NCBI RefSeq assembly: GCF_001194135.2
Contig: NC_068984.1
Location: 93,202,743-93,266,742, forward strand
Length of the DNA stretch: 64,000 nucleotides
DNA from: Octopus bimaculoides
Lineage: Eukaryota
Direction: 5' to 3'
Shown: positions 55,601-63,917 of the stretch, one piece after another
Layout of the letters: each line of letters begins with the position of its first letter
Numbering within the stretch: the first letter of the stretch is position 1
Made by a program: the position numbers and the translations under genes
Notes under the pieces: generated by a model
What the model was told of the DNA's origin: nothing
Seen by the model: the letters and a program-made list of their open reading frames with translations, nothing else
Databases searched by the model: none

Positions 55601-58600
55601 TTGGTAGTATATAGTTGGTCTATTTCTGAGCTCAGTTAATAATAATCTGACTTTCACCTGAATGTCAAGATTTGAACAGGCAACGAAAATGTATCTTTGA
55701 AATATGCAAACTATAAATGAACAATTAGGTCAAAAATAAATTCTGTAATGGAATTTGAAGCTGTCAGATTGTCACTGTTTGAGTTGATAGATAACTCTTG
55801 AGTTAGTAATTCAATAAGGTTAAACTGTGCTACGTCAGATTGTTTCTGCCGACATTCAAGAAGCATTTCCATTTGCTTAAAAGAAATGGCCATTTTATCT
55901 CTTAACCTTGTTGCCACTGTTGTAACTGTATTTTGGGCCTTCAGTACTAAACTAATAAAATATAACTGGATTCCAACAAAGAAAAGAACTTGTAACTCGT
56001 TTTACTTGGGTTATACTATATCAACTGGCAATTACAAAACTGTCCATTACACAAAAACCCAAGTAAGAACGCATATATGAAAAAGAGACTAACTTCCAGG
56101 GACGCAACAGGTTGAATGCCACGTTCACATGCTAAAAAACTGTTGATCATCTTATTACGTACTCATGAACTATAGCCTTACTGTATATTTTGGTTAAAAG
56201 AGATGTCACAATAATATACAGCAGGTCACATGTTTCATGGTCGGCAGTCTTCAACTGCATGATCATGTACTTCATGTAGTTATTAACTGAGCTACATCAT
56301 TATCAGTTTATATCCAATTTCACTGGATAAGTGAAAATTGGAATTACAAGCCAAATAAAGATAGCTGTTAATTTAGCTGACCAATGAGCAATTTGTGTTT
56401 CAAAATTACACACACACATGTGCATATACTCACATATGCATGTATATATTCATGTGCCGGTTTTTGGACATAGGTCTTACACTATCTTTTTGGATTTGAT
56501 TTATGCTTGTGCTGGCTGAGCATTTTGTTATAATCCCATAATAGAATACTGATTTCATAGTTCACTTATTATGTACTATTTATAGAGATCTGCAGTTTTC
56601 AGCCTACATAGCATCCATTATTGCATTTCATACTTCTTAACATTAGAATAGAAGTTTTTTTTGTCTACATTTGAGCCACTTGTGATGGATTCAGTCAACT
56701 ACAAGCTATCCAGTGGTAAGTAGAAAATACATTATAAAATACGTTTTCCATCAAATTTTCAGCATGAGATTAAATACATCTTGTTAAAAAAAATAATCAC
56801 TAGCAATAGAAGCAGTACTAGTATCAATAGGCAATCTTTATATCTATCTTAACATGGATAGCTTGTTGGAACACTGAATACTGCAGTATCTGCCTTGAGA
56901 GGTCTTCTTAAATAGATGCATGGTGCATAAAAGTACAGACATATATCATAGCAGATGAGAATCATCTGGTATGGGTGCCAGAGCTACCAAATCACATGAC
57001 TTCAGTGTACTTCACTTCTTCAGTGGCAAGCATTTGGTGACTGCATACCAGCCAAATCTTGCTACCTCAATATAGAATATTAGTGCAAATAGCCAGAAGA
57101 CTTATTTAAAAAATTATTATTAACAACAGAGGCAGTATTAGTATCAAAAGGCAATTTCTATATCCAGCTTAATGTGAACGTGTTGTTAGAATGTTGAATA
57201 CTGCACCATATTGACTCAATGGTGCTTTCGTGCACCATGCATCTATATGAGAGGACCTCTCAAGGTAAATACAGCAATATTCATCATTTTAACTAGTTGT
57301 TCATAGTAAGTTGGACATAAAGATTGTAATTTGTTCAGTTTATCCCTTTTGAGATCAATGATGCTGGGGCACCACCTTGAGCTTAATTAAATTTTATTAA
57401 GACTTTGGAAACTTATTGCAGTATCCACCTAGTGATGGTTTAAAATAGTATTTTTAGTATCAGTTAACAAAGAAATTCATTAGAACAATATATTGTATGT
57501 AAGGAAATATATTAAGTTAGTCTGACAAAAATGAGTTTACATTATATTCTGAATGAGAAATTTGGGCCGTCAGAGTTTCTTTGTAATGGAAATAGAGTTG
57601 CTTTTTGAATGGGAAGTTATATCTTAGGCAACTTTCTGAAACCAAAATAAAGTGGCAAGTATTTTGCATAAGCATTAACATATTTTTCACTTCAATTCTG
57701 AAATCGATTTTGTAATTTTTTTATTTCCAGTATAATTGTCATATCGATTTGTATGTTTCTCTAGCCACCCAAGTGGACAGCAGTGAGGTGACCAGTGATG
57801 GAGCAATGCAGACTTATGAAGTTCTACATCAACTGGCTCTCACCAGTTCTAGTGCCTTTCTCATTACACAGTCACAAAACAATTCTGCTATCTCTGTGAC
57901 AGGAAACACTATGACAACTGATAACATTATTGTACATGCATTACCAGTTTCTCAGGCAGGTTCTTTTAAAATCATTCCCCCCACTCTCCAGTTTAAGTAA
58001 TATAAAGATTGGATGCACACTTCCTAATCATATAAATAATTATCTTACATAGTATTTTTTCTCAATCAGCTCTAGTACATCACAATCTCTATGAGAGCAT
58101 TTGCACAAGTCACTTTATCACTTGAATATCAATCAATTCTCATTTCATATTTTTACCTTAAGTGTGAAGATCACATGTGATCAACCTTAAATAAGTGTCT
58201 CTAAAAATTTCATCTATTAAAAGACTGACAAAGAGATTTAATTATTGTTAATGTGATCATTGTTTGCATCATCTGTTTTATATCTTTCCTTGCAAGCTTG
58301 GTTCGAGCAGTCTTACAATGTTACTATATTTACAGTATAATTTTATCTCTAACAATGATCTTTAATATTCCCATATCTGTATTGATAAGTTATTCATTAA
58401 ACTTTCTTTAAACTGCCTCTTTTATGATCGGTTGACATATCTGGTTGCATTTCCAGATATTGCTTGAGGTTTTTACTGGAATTTTTATCTGTATCTTTAA
58501 CTAACTACCACTAAGGCAATATGTTTATACAAATACCACATGTCTGTTTAAAGAGAATTTATGTTTTGTATTTCAATCTTTTTACGTATTTGAAGCCTAA

Positions 58601-58945
58601 AACTATCAAGTAGTTGTATGCTATTTAATACAGTTCTCTTATTTGTTTTTGTTTGTTTGTTTGTTTTTTGTTTTCTTTTGCCTTGGATAAATAGCACTAT
58701 AGCTATATAAAATGATGTAACAATTTGATGTTGACCAAAAAATTATAGAGGAATTTTTTACTTTTGTCATTTTTATATTATAAAAAAATTCTAAAATATA
58801 ACTCTTTCATTCTTATGTTATATAGTCAAACCATCGATCAAAAGTAACTGAAAATGTTACTGTTCAAATTAACCCTCAACCTACAGATATCATAACCTCT
58901 GAAGATGGCTCTGACACTGTGATATCTCTTGGCACTGCAGACTAA
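447..58945 (+). CDS. DMTF1: Cyclin-D-binding Myb-like transcription factor 1 (DMTF1/DMP1) orthologue, 15 coding exons, 561 aa
   Basis: Manually spliced exons 447-471, 523-681, 4141-4248, 10441-10490, 19328-19448, 25653-25729, 27378-27568, 28877-28986, 29174-29242, 41037-41196, 41666-41734, 42024-42106, 51882-52034, 57765-57955, 58826-58945 sum to 1686 nt with matching phases. Peptides [68 protein letters not shown] and SVRSPQWLRGKWW match vertebrate DMTF1 as recalled. Confidence 0.95.
523..681 (+). CDS. DMTF1: DMTF1 coding exon 2 (DQSIENGD...YLIVSKDTA)
   Basis: T-rich tract plus tag acceptor at 521-522; donor G|gtaagt at 682; phase 1-1, open frame. Confidence 0.8.
893..1712 (+). mobile_element. 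RTE-clade LINE fragment (RT C-terminal region), degenerate
   Basis: Peptides SETWALNAEDMHRLERNE and REKLGIRGIKCGMQERRLRWFGHV. Confidence 0.85.
1713..2780 (-). mobile_element. Ty3/Gypsy LTR retrotransposon pol fragment (RNase H plus integrase)
   Basis: TDASDLALGGMLSQ...PLAFYSRTFSKAQ (RNase H) and PWERLSIDY...LLVIVNEYSRYPFAYP (integrase core). Confidence 0.88.
2785..3513 (-). mobile_element. Penelope-like element 3' fragment with GIY-YIG endonuclease
   Basis: YSIPCSCGRLYKGET...IADHVW (GIY-YIG), preceded on the minus strand by LSYVKGLSKKIQKI, typical of the PLE RT-EN linker. Confidence 0.8.
3524..3569 (+). ncRNA. Minimal type I hammerhead ribozyme (Penelope-type)
   Basis: Stem I GACAC/GUGUU; core CUGAUGA (3529-3535) plus an extra A; stem II GGCUG/CAGCU; GAAA 3557-3560; palindromic ACGU in place of stem III; predicted GUU cleavage after 3564. 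Confidence 0.75.
4141..4248 (+). CDS. DMTF1: DMTF1 coding exon 3 (AALGVGILEEDTPTEPGSKRIRLSGEDGQTFIFTIS)
   Basis: tttcag acceptor at 4140 and G|gtaagt donor at 4249. EPGSKRIRLSGED resembles human EPPHKRLCLSSED (basic, NLS-like). Confidence 0.9.
4401..5308 (-). mobile_element. Mariner deletion derivative with long inverted arms
   Basis: TA-flanked TIRs (ggtctgatcaataagtatccagactgttgc vs gcaacagtccaaatacttattaatcagtcc). The minus strand encodes RFGPAKFVPKLLSADQK (mariner WVPxxL-like). 4401-~4610 is the reverse complement of ~5100-5308. Confidence 0.85.
5860..10260 (+). mobile_element. Stack of Penelope-like element fragments (GIY-YIG, RT C-terminus, Asn-rich linker, partial tandem duplication)
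   Basis: GIY-YIG-like at ~5871-6230 (IVYKC...EYIRST...RRYRAH). RT YRDD at 6502-6513 followed by VNFLDTTL. GIY-YIG at ~7900-8270 and ~9570-9940. 7205-8380 is repeated, diverged, at 8875-10030. Confidence 0.88.
10441..10490 (+). CDS. DMTF1: DMTF1 coding exon 4 (EPNSSAPVDQKAAEITM), 50 nt
   Basis: ttttcaaag acceptor and ATG|gttcgt donor. It bridges the phase 1 end of exon 3 to the phase 0 start of exon 5. EITM|T parallels human EVTMT. Confidence 0.8.
11958..12946 (-). mobile_element. Head-to-tail dimer of an RTE-LINE 3' UTR unit (~530 nt) with ~60-nt internal tandem sub-repeats
   Basis: Same unit as 32150-32520, which directly adjoins RTE RT coding sequence, and as 1-218; N-gaps on both sides. 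Confidence 0.75.
14318..16035 (+). mobile_element. Old RTE-LINE 3' fragment with pyrimidine-rich 3' UTR and tail
   Basis: Degenerate RT C-terminus similar to 893-1712, a CT-rich tract at ~15130-15800, then a degenerate tail ending gatgat. Confidence 0.65.
16075..19215 (+). mobile_element. Near full-length degenerate RTE-clade LINE (APE endonuclease + RT + tail)
   Basis: LRVGTPNVGALKGRSGVIVEMLEQRCVDVCCIQEVRW (APE N-terminus), SQIDYIL, an RT region with MLHGSETW, and the 3' tail at ~19030-19215. Many stops and frameshifts. Confidence 0.9.
19328..19448 (+). CDS. DMTF1: DMTF1 coding exon 5 (TNSASG...IVTQAWFTTRDEKNALQNK)
   Basis: ttaacag acceptor, G|gtatat donor; QAWFTT motif. Confidence 0.93.
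20554..23573 (-). mobile_element. piggyBac-like transposon relic with TTAA TSDs
   Basis: TTAA at 20550-20553 and 23574-23577; terminal ccctttag / ctaaaggg; minus-strand acidic N-terminus starting at ATG 23310; Cys-rich C-terminal remnant within ORF 22390..22836. Confidence 0.75.
21290..21520 (+). mobile_element. Non-LTR RT fragment nested in the piggyBac relic
   Basis: LEDLDFSDDIALLSQTYSQMQNKTSKL (RT F/YxDD motif). Confidence 0.7.
25653..25729 (+). CDS. DMTF1: DMTF1 coding exon 6 (GHSWVQGQWTKDEIELLQANINSYCK)
   Basis: catttag acceptor, AAA|gtaagt donor; matches human GHKWKQGMWSKEEIDILMNNI. Confidence 0.95.
26099..26312 (+). mobile_element. piggyBac-derived MITE (~215 bp)
   Basis: TTAA-ccctttag...gaatgctaaaagg-ttat; same family as 40701-40922 and ~59070-59288 (reverse). 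Confidence 0.75.
27378..27568 (+). CDS. DMTF1: DMTF1 coding exon 7 ([26 protein letters not shown]...KYSQDEMIKLR)
   Basis: ctcccag acceptor, GA|gttagt donor (phase 2); near-identical to the human core. Confidence 0.97.
27810..28505. repeat. Degenerate CA-rich microsatellite/minisatellite array (~700 bp)
   Basis: Runs of cacaca/cataca with a recurring cacacagtctcatacagtta motif. Confidence 0.9.
28877..28986 (+). CDS. DMTF1: DMTF1 coding exon 8 ([37 protein letters not shown]), Myb repeat
   Basis: tgttag acceptor, G|gtacgg donor; Myb repeat. Confidence 0.97.
29174..29242 (+). CDS. DMTF1: DMTF1 coding exon 9 (GKWLPEEEQRLTDAVCELSGAQP)
   Basis: ttgtcag acceptor, G|gtattt donor; matches human GKWTEEEEKRL. 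Confidence 0.95.
29735..31085 (-). mobile_element. Old RTE-LINE 3' fragment, antisense
   Basis: Reverse-complement RT C-terminus at ~30560-31085, a purine-rich tract, and a degenerate tail with catcat at ~29735. Confidence 0.6.
31168..31390 (+). mobile_element. tRNA-derived SINE (Deu/Nin-like central domain)
   Basis: B-box-like gagttcaaattcc and tttgcctttcatcctttc...aataagtacc core; same family as 59826-60021 and 40497-40695. Confidence 0.7.
32150..33360 (-). mobile_element. RTE-LINE 3' fragment (RT C-terminus plus 3' UTR) with an adjacent young tail copy
   Basis: ORF 32749..33174 (LRVKGRLYDACVRTAMLHGSETW); 3' UTR unit at 32150-32520; second tail at 33160-33360. Confidence 0.85.
34520..34715 (+). 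mobile_element. SINE-like repeat 3' portion
   Basis: gtgtctgtgtttgtccccc...gataagaataagtactaggc-type body with an A-rich end, preceded by TA/TG microsatellite; family assignment from recall. Confidence 0.55.
34780..35330 (-). mobile_element. piggyBac (PGBD4-like) transposase C-terminal fragment
   Basis: DYNRYMDGVDWLNQ...KWWRYLVWYIVNMSIVNVFILY (YNxxMgGVD motif). Confidence 0.85.
35345..37350 (+). mobile_element. L1/Tx1-like non-LTR retrotransposon RT fragment, interrupted by a young RTE tail at 35905-36080
   Basis: FRPIMLLSAD and LVNLDQSKAFNRVDHQY (RT motifs of the L1/Tx1 type). Confidence 0.7.
37582..37700. repeat. Compound trinucleotide microsatellite (ATT)n(ATC)n(ACT)n(AAC)n
   Basis: Read directly from the sequence. 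Confidence 0.95.
37790..40435 (+). mobile_element. Degenerate RTE-clade LINE (RT region, CT-rich 3' UTR, tail)
   Basis: LYLAFIDLEKVFDKVP, YADD-like ctatgctgatgac at ~38700, RT C-terminus, CT tract at ~39600-40150, tail ending gatgatgat at ~40432. Confidence 0.88.
40701..40922 (+). mobile_element. piggyBac-derived MITE inserted in a SINE, ~115 nt upstream of exon 10
   Basis: TTAA-ccctttag...gaatgctaaagg; flanked by two halves of the Deu-like SINE. Confidence 0.75.
41037..41196 (+). CDS. DMTF1: DMTF1 coding exon 10 ([53 protein letters not shown])
   Basis: ggaaag acceptor, AA|gtaagt donor; Myb repeat nearly identical to human. Confidence 0.97.
41666..41734 (+). CDS. DMTF1: DMTF1 coding exon 11 (KMSSSSVTDETQIDWNELAKDWP)
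   Basis: tatacag acceptor, AG|gtaatt donor; parallels human DENDINWDLLAEGW. Confidence 0.93.
42024..42106 (+). CDS. DMTF1: DMTF1 coding exon 12 (SVRSPQWLRGKWWSLKRHVPDYQVLSFS)
   Basis: tacttag acceptor, G|gtaatt donor; SVRSPQWLRxKWW motif. Confidence 0.95.
42570..44005 (+). mobile_element. Old RTE-LINE 3' fragment and tail
   Basis: Degenerate RT C-terminus (EKLGISGIKC-like) and a tail ending gatgatgat at ~44003. Confidence 0.6.
44102..45422 (-). mobile_element. Full-length mariner (Tc1/mariner, D,D34D type) transposon
   Basis: TIRs tcaggtcatcccataagttctgtc / gacagaacttatgggatgacctga with TA on both sides. Transposase MEVSKEHLRHIMLYEYKKG...KWVSHEL (N-terminal) and FHQDN...HPPYSPNLAPSDYHLF (C-terminal); the middle lies in an N-gap. 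Confidence 0.95.
45830..47800 (+). mobile_element. Helitron Rep relic
   Basis: Q/E-rich repeated N-terminus; degenerate TYIYD, HEVAVLIP, YDPM and YQDMMAI motifs; TIEFQKRCL at ~47433-47459, resembling the HUH motif IEFQKRGLPH. Confidence 0.72.
48190..50200 (-). mobile_element. RLE-type (R2/NeSL/Hero-like) non-LTR retrotransposon relic
   Basis: LEVGIKMGCAIFPMPF...LKAFMD (RT motifs) and C-terminal MDIV...LILIELTGPFE...KTEKY...IELGARGF (restriction-like endonuclease). Confidence 0.75.
51882..52034 (+). CDS. DMTF1: DMTF1 coding exon 13 (ALVNYLKVTH...SISVPVQAA)
   Basis: tatgcag acceptor, G|gtaaat donor; phase 1-1, open; overlaps ORF 51887..52096. Confidence 0.8.
52618..52829. mobile_element. TTAA-flanked MITE (second piggyBac-type family)
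   Basis: TTAA at 52614-52617 and 52830-52833; imperfect TIR ccctttcattac / gtaacaaaaggg. Confidence 0.75.
54060..54830 (-). mobile_element. piggyBac (PGBD4-like) transposase N-terminal fragment
   Basis: KLPRNTNYWNSD...IMTRTRFLKLSQYL and GKPTQWGIKVW motifs; acidic N-terminus. Confidence 0.8.
55100..56100 (-). mobile_element. Gypsy-type gag relic
   Basis: NSITEFIFD and IFIIGLQSPLDADIHTKLLS-like peptides resembling invertebrate Gypsy (K02A2.6-like) Gag; assignment from recall. Confidence 0.55.
57765..57955 (+). CDS. DMTF1: DMTF1 coding exon 14 (ATQVDSSE...GAMQTYEVL...DNIIVHALPVSQ)
   Basis: tctctag acceptor. MQTYEVL and IIVHAL match human LQTFEIL and IIVHAL. The end is placed at a GC donor, CAG|gcaggt, because only phase 0 joins the next exon in its conserved frame. 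Confidence 0.8.
58826..58945 (+). CDS. DMTF1: DMTF1 last coding exon 15 (SNHRSKVTENVTVQINPQ...SLGTAD*)
   Basis: tatatag acceptor. ENVTVQ resembles human DNVTVQ. The other two frames stop within about 10 codons. TAA at 58943-58945. Confidence 0.75.
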   Translation, partial: SNHRSKVTENVTVQINPQPTDIITSEDGSDTVISLGTAD

Positions 58946-59808
58946 GTCTAAAGTTAAAATATCTTGGAGATATTCTCAGCTGAGACAGGTGAATTTACTT
59001 AAATTACTAAAACCACACTCATCATCATCCTTTTATGTCCACTTTCTAGCAAATCCATTTAGATTACTCTCAAATGTAATACCTTTTATTCTCATTGTTT
59101 TGAATTAGTCATGCATTATCTCATAATCATGCATTACCTCATAACTTTCAGATTTTAATGATGTAATTGTTTTTTTTTTCTAAGGGTGACATTTAATGTT
59201 GGTATGAGAGGTCAGATCTGGCCAGTTTGAATATAAAGCAGGTAGAATATTTTGGTCGGATATGACCAGTTTAAATGCTAAAGGTTTAAAGTAAATGAAG
59301 AAATATCAGCTGGTAAAATTTGCACAATAAAAGACAATATAGTGATCTAGAGACAAAAAGCGAACATTTAAAAAAATATTCTTCATAACTACTGAGTGCA
59401 TGATAAGCTTCGTTTTTTTTTATCTTTTATCATATAACATTTCTCAAAGGGAAAATACATGTGTATTTCTCAAATATCTGTTTGTTTTATCTACAAAAAT
59501 ATTTTTGTCTCTGGTTGGAAAAAAAATCAGAATTTATTTATATCTAAAGAGCGTGAATTGGAAAGTTTGTGAACTCACATTTTAGAGAAGCATCCAACTA
59601 GAGCTATGAAAATGCTTAAAATTGTGCAGTTTTCTACCATGTACACATGATGCTGCATTTTGAACTGTGACAAAGTTGCAGGCACTGAAACATGGAGGTT
59701 TAAAAATGGCATATGATCAAACATTCCACCAAATACTCAAGAATTGTGTTCTTCATTTAAATTTCATGTGTCTTTCTATATAGATTTCGCATTATTTATT
59801 TGGCTTAG

Positions 59809-60021
59809 GTGAGCCAAATAAACAAAGGCGGTGAACTGGCAGAAACATTAGCATGCCTGGCGAAATGCTTAGTGGTATTTCATGTCTTTACATTCTGAGT
59901 TCAAATTCTGCCGAGGTCTACTTTGCCTTTCATCCTTTCAGGGGTTGATAAATTAAGTACCAGTTGCACACTGGGGTCGATCTAATCAACTGGCCCCCTC
60001 CCCCCAAAATTTAGGGCCTTG
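59809..60021 (+). mobile_element. tRNA-derived SINE with 18-bp target-site duplication
   Basis: attatttatttggcttag at 59791-59808 and 60022-60039; B-box gagttcaaattc; Deu/Nin-like core. Confidence 0.85.
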
Positions 60022-61658
60022 ATTATTTATTTGGCTTAGCTAACAAACCCTAATATGTGACAAGAAATTTTGTTTTTTAAAACTGTCAATAATGTGACAA
60101 TTTTGGGAAAGCTCTCTAGAATACTCTGCTCTAACAAGAAAGAGTTTGTCCTCTTTAAGATTGGTTAATTTGTGTGATCATTATTTGCTGAAATACTAAG
60201 GAATTAATAAATTATTTTCAAATTTAAGCAAAAAATTGTTGAGTTGGACAAATGTTCAGCTACTAGCATTTGATAATTTAATGAATGCTCTTGCTGAGAA
60301 TCTTATCACATATATTTTTGTCTGATAAAGATGTTTCTGCAGATGCTAGTGAGCAATCTATATCAAACATTCTGTCACAAGACAGCCACCCAGTGTTGTA
60401 TATATTAACAAAGTTAACCACTGCTAAATCTAATCATTTAATATCACAAATGAATTTTTAGCACTTATATGGGCTACAAACACTACCCGCCATTTTTCAT
60501 TTAGAAGGAAGCTCTTACTCAGACCTGCTCATCATCCTCTGGAATCCATTTTTAATCTATGCAAAGAACTTCAAAATGTTATGCTTTTATGAATACTGAA
60601 GTCGACCATACAGCTGACAACATTTGATTTTGATATTTCATATTGTTGATGCATTCTCTTGATTAAATTTTTAAAACTACAATTTCAGTGAATGATGATG
60701 AAAATTTTATTCACTGGATAGAAACTGATATATTATATCTTCATAGCTTAATTTTGAAAACAATATTGAGCAAAATTGTTTGCCGGAATCAAATAAATAT
60801 CTGGACTAACATGTTAAACATTGATTAACACTCAGAAACACTATACTGCTGTAATTTTTTATCATGCTTTCAGTTTTCAGGAGATAAGTCATAAAAAGAG
60901 TCCACAAGTGATGAAAACTTCATTAAAAGAAGGACTTGGTCCACATTTGGCATTAAGCATTTATGTTTCAGATATATGTGTATAGACTAAACTGACAGAA
61001 GATTAAGAATTAAATTAGGGGTAAGAATAAAATGTAAAAAAAAAATGCCTGAACTGAGACATGAGAAAAGTGAGAATGTTTACAACATGAGGAGTCTGAT
61101 TGTACACCTATAAATGATGGTATTTCTAAGATGATGCTTTGTATTAGAATTTATACCCTTACTATACACCGTTACAATATCATTATATTCATTCATTGTT
61201 GAATCAATAACTTCAGTGATTCTATAACATTTTTGGTTTACTTTTTCTCAGATCTTCACTGTTAAAATCAACTTGGTTCTATTTCTCAAACTTTTTGTGG
61301 ACTTCATCAAGAAGAGAAAGCTACTTCAGACCAAAATCCAAACAAAAGCAGTTTTGTAAGTAAATTGTCATTATTGAACTATTCTGTAGAGTTGTTTAGA
61401 AAAGGCATCAGGAAGATTTGATTATGTAAATAAATTATTTATCAAGATAACATTTCAGATTCAACTTTATGATTATAGCATAATAGATAAACTAAAAACG
61501 ATAGCAATTATGCTATGCTTTTACTGTAGTATGTGAGTATGTGAAATCAGATTTTTTTCTTTAAATGTAAAGAAATGTTGACCTTTCACTGAATTTCACA
61601 AAGAAATTCACCTAGTTTGCAGCTACAAAACTCTTTTCATACTTCATTTGAAAAACAT

Positions 61659-61661
<3 letters not shown>

Positions 61662-61743
<82 letters not shown>
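61662..61743. repeat. (TG)n microsatellite
   Basis: About 40 uninterrupted TG units. Confidence 0.97.
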
Positions 61744-61744
<1 letters not shown>

Positions 61745-62159
61745 ATGCATGTGTGTGTGTTGTGTGCATGCGTGCACACACTTGCACAGATAGATGCAGC
61801 ATCTCACATAGGTAAACATAAGCATGGATTTAGGCACATGCATATTCACATACATAAACTCACTCTCTCTATACATATTTCTCTCTAACATTCTCTTTCT
61901 TTCCTTTTTTTTCCAGCTGAGGTACCGTGTATCTCCTCTACAGCAAAACCTATTTTTATCCCTCTTTTATACTTTTTAACCTCTCATCAACTGACACAAA
62001 GCCACCACCCTCAATACTGCTCTCTTCAGTTGAGGGGTTTTTGTTTTATAAGTTACTTGATGACCCTGCTGATACTGGTACCACAAAAAGGGAACCAGTA
62101 CACTCTGTAAAGTGGTTAGCATCAGGAAGAGCATCTAGTCTTAAAAACCATGCTAACCA

Positions 62160-63060
62160 GCTCAAGGCTACCATAAACGCCTACTTGACAAACATCTGTG
62201 AAGAGAGAGGACATGTGAACAAGATTAAGTGCAACTTCATCACAAGAAACAGAGTACTCCCCACCTTCTATTACCTCATAAAACTACATAAACCAAAATT
62301 AAACCTTTTGTCTCTAGTATTAAAAGACTCTTCTTTCAAATACCTTGGTTTTAATCTAAAATTCTCAAACCACTACTTCAAACCTTTCCAGGACATGTTG
62401 AATGCTCCACCAAAGTCATCAACAAACTATGATGTCTCAACTCATCCATGCTTAGGAAAAAGTAACTACCATTTTAGCTAAAAACATTTCCTATACAACA
62501 CTCCCCTTGCAACCCCAGCTATCAACTTACTAATTGAACATATTACTTCCTCTCATAGCCTTAACTGCATTGGGCACACAGCTCCAGATATCCATAAACT
62601 GTTAACTACTGTAATGGAGACCACCTTCCATTCTGAGGGTTCCATTTGCAAACAAATCTCTGGATTACTGTCAGGCATACTGACCATCATATACAGGGAC
62701 CAGTTACAACACAGGACACTCCTTTGCTTTTTCTACCAAGTATGTGGATGACATCCTCATATTAACATCATCTCACAAGCAGGTTATTAAAATATACAAT
62801 ATCTTCAACAATATTGATGAACATATAAAATCAAAAGTAGAGCACCCCAATAACACCAGTTCATTACATCTGCTTGATTTCAAACTCAAAATCTCAGAGA
62901 ACAGATTCATCTCCACTAACTTTTACAGAGAAGCAGCATACAGGAGCCCATTTGTTCATCATAATTCATCCCTGCCCATCAGAACAAAGATGGCCTACAT
63001 CAGAAATGAGATTTACACAATATGCAGTAAATGCAGCAAGACAGGAATGAAAATGTTGTT
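62160..63060 (+). mobile_element. Penelope-like RT fragment
   Basis: YVDDIL at 62741-62758, followed by LHLLDFKL and FVHHNSSLPIRTKMAYIRNE, typical of the PLE RT C-terminus. Confidence 0.8.
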
Positions 63061-63544
63061 GTGTAGCAATTTATCATATAAATCATTATTAACTTCATAC
63101 AGGTTATTAGTCTTACTGAAAAATACAAATTTGTTTTTGGAATTTCTAATATCAGATTTTAGTTTAGCTTAAAAATGGTTATAGTACTTACAAAATCTTA
63201 TATTAGTTACTAAATCAAGGAGGTATGCCTCAAAAGGAACTAAATCTTTTATCTTGGGTGGATATTTATGTGTCCTTAAATCATAATGTTCTGTGAAAGT
63301 AGATGTTAATGTAGCATCAAAAAAATAAAGCCTTCCATCTCATAAGGTCTTCTACTTTCCCTAGAAGCATCCTAAGATATGAACTATTCATTGCTGTAGG
63401 TATATTTTTTACAGAGTAATCCATGTAATATAAATCCATAATAGTGTGTATAAATTTTTTTAGAATCCTTATAGTCACTCAACTTTTACATAGTTATATG
63501 CCAAACAATGTGGAAATTGAATTTGCAGTAATAACATACAATTT

Positions 63545-63686
63545 TTACATTATTTACATTTGACGGATATTTGTCCTCATTTTCTTTGTTGTTAACACAA
63601 TGTTTCGGCTGATATACCCTCCAGCCTTCATCAGGTGTCTTGGGGAAATTTCAAGCCTGGGTTCTCATTCCTAAGGTATTTTTCGA

Positions 63687-63718
<32 letters not shown>

Positions 63719-63869
63719 TCACTGCCTGGAATCGAACTCGGAATCTAGGAGTTAGTAGCCCACACTCTTAACCACTACACCATATGCCCGTGGCCCACGG
63801 ACATATGGCATAGTGGTTAAGAGTGTGGGCTACTAACCCCAAGATTCTGAGTTCAATTCCAGGCAGTGA

Positions 63870-63917
<48 letters not shown>

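Noticed and set aside
61917-61921. Apparent 5-nt microexon (ttccag|ctgag|gtaccg)
   Set aside because: It lies at the start of an RTE 3'-UTR/tail repeat seen elsewhere in the window, and downstream of the stop codon.
63799-63871. Functional tRNA gene (anticodon ACT)
   Set aside because: The acceptor and T stems pair poorly, it runs into (AAT)n, and it is duplicated as part of a repeat. It is treated as a SINE-like head.
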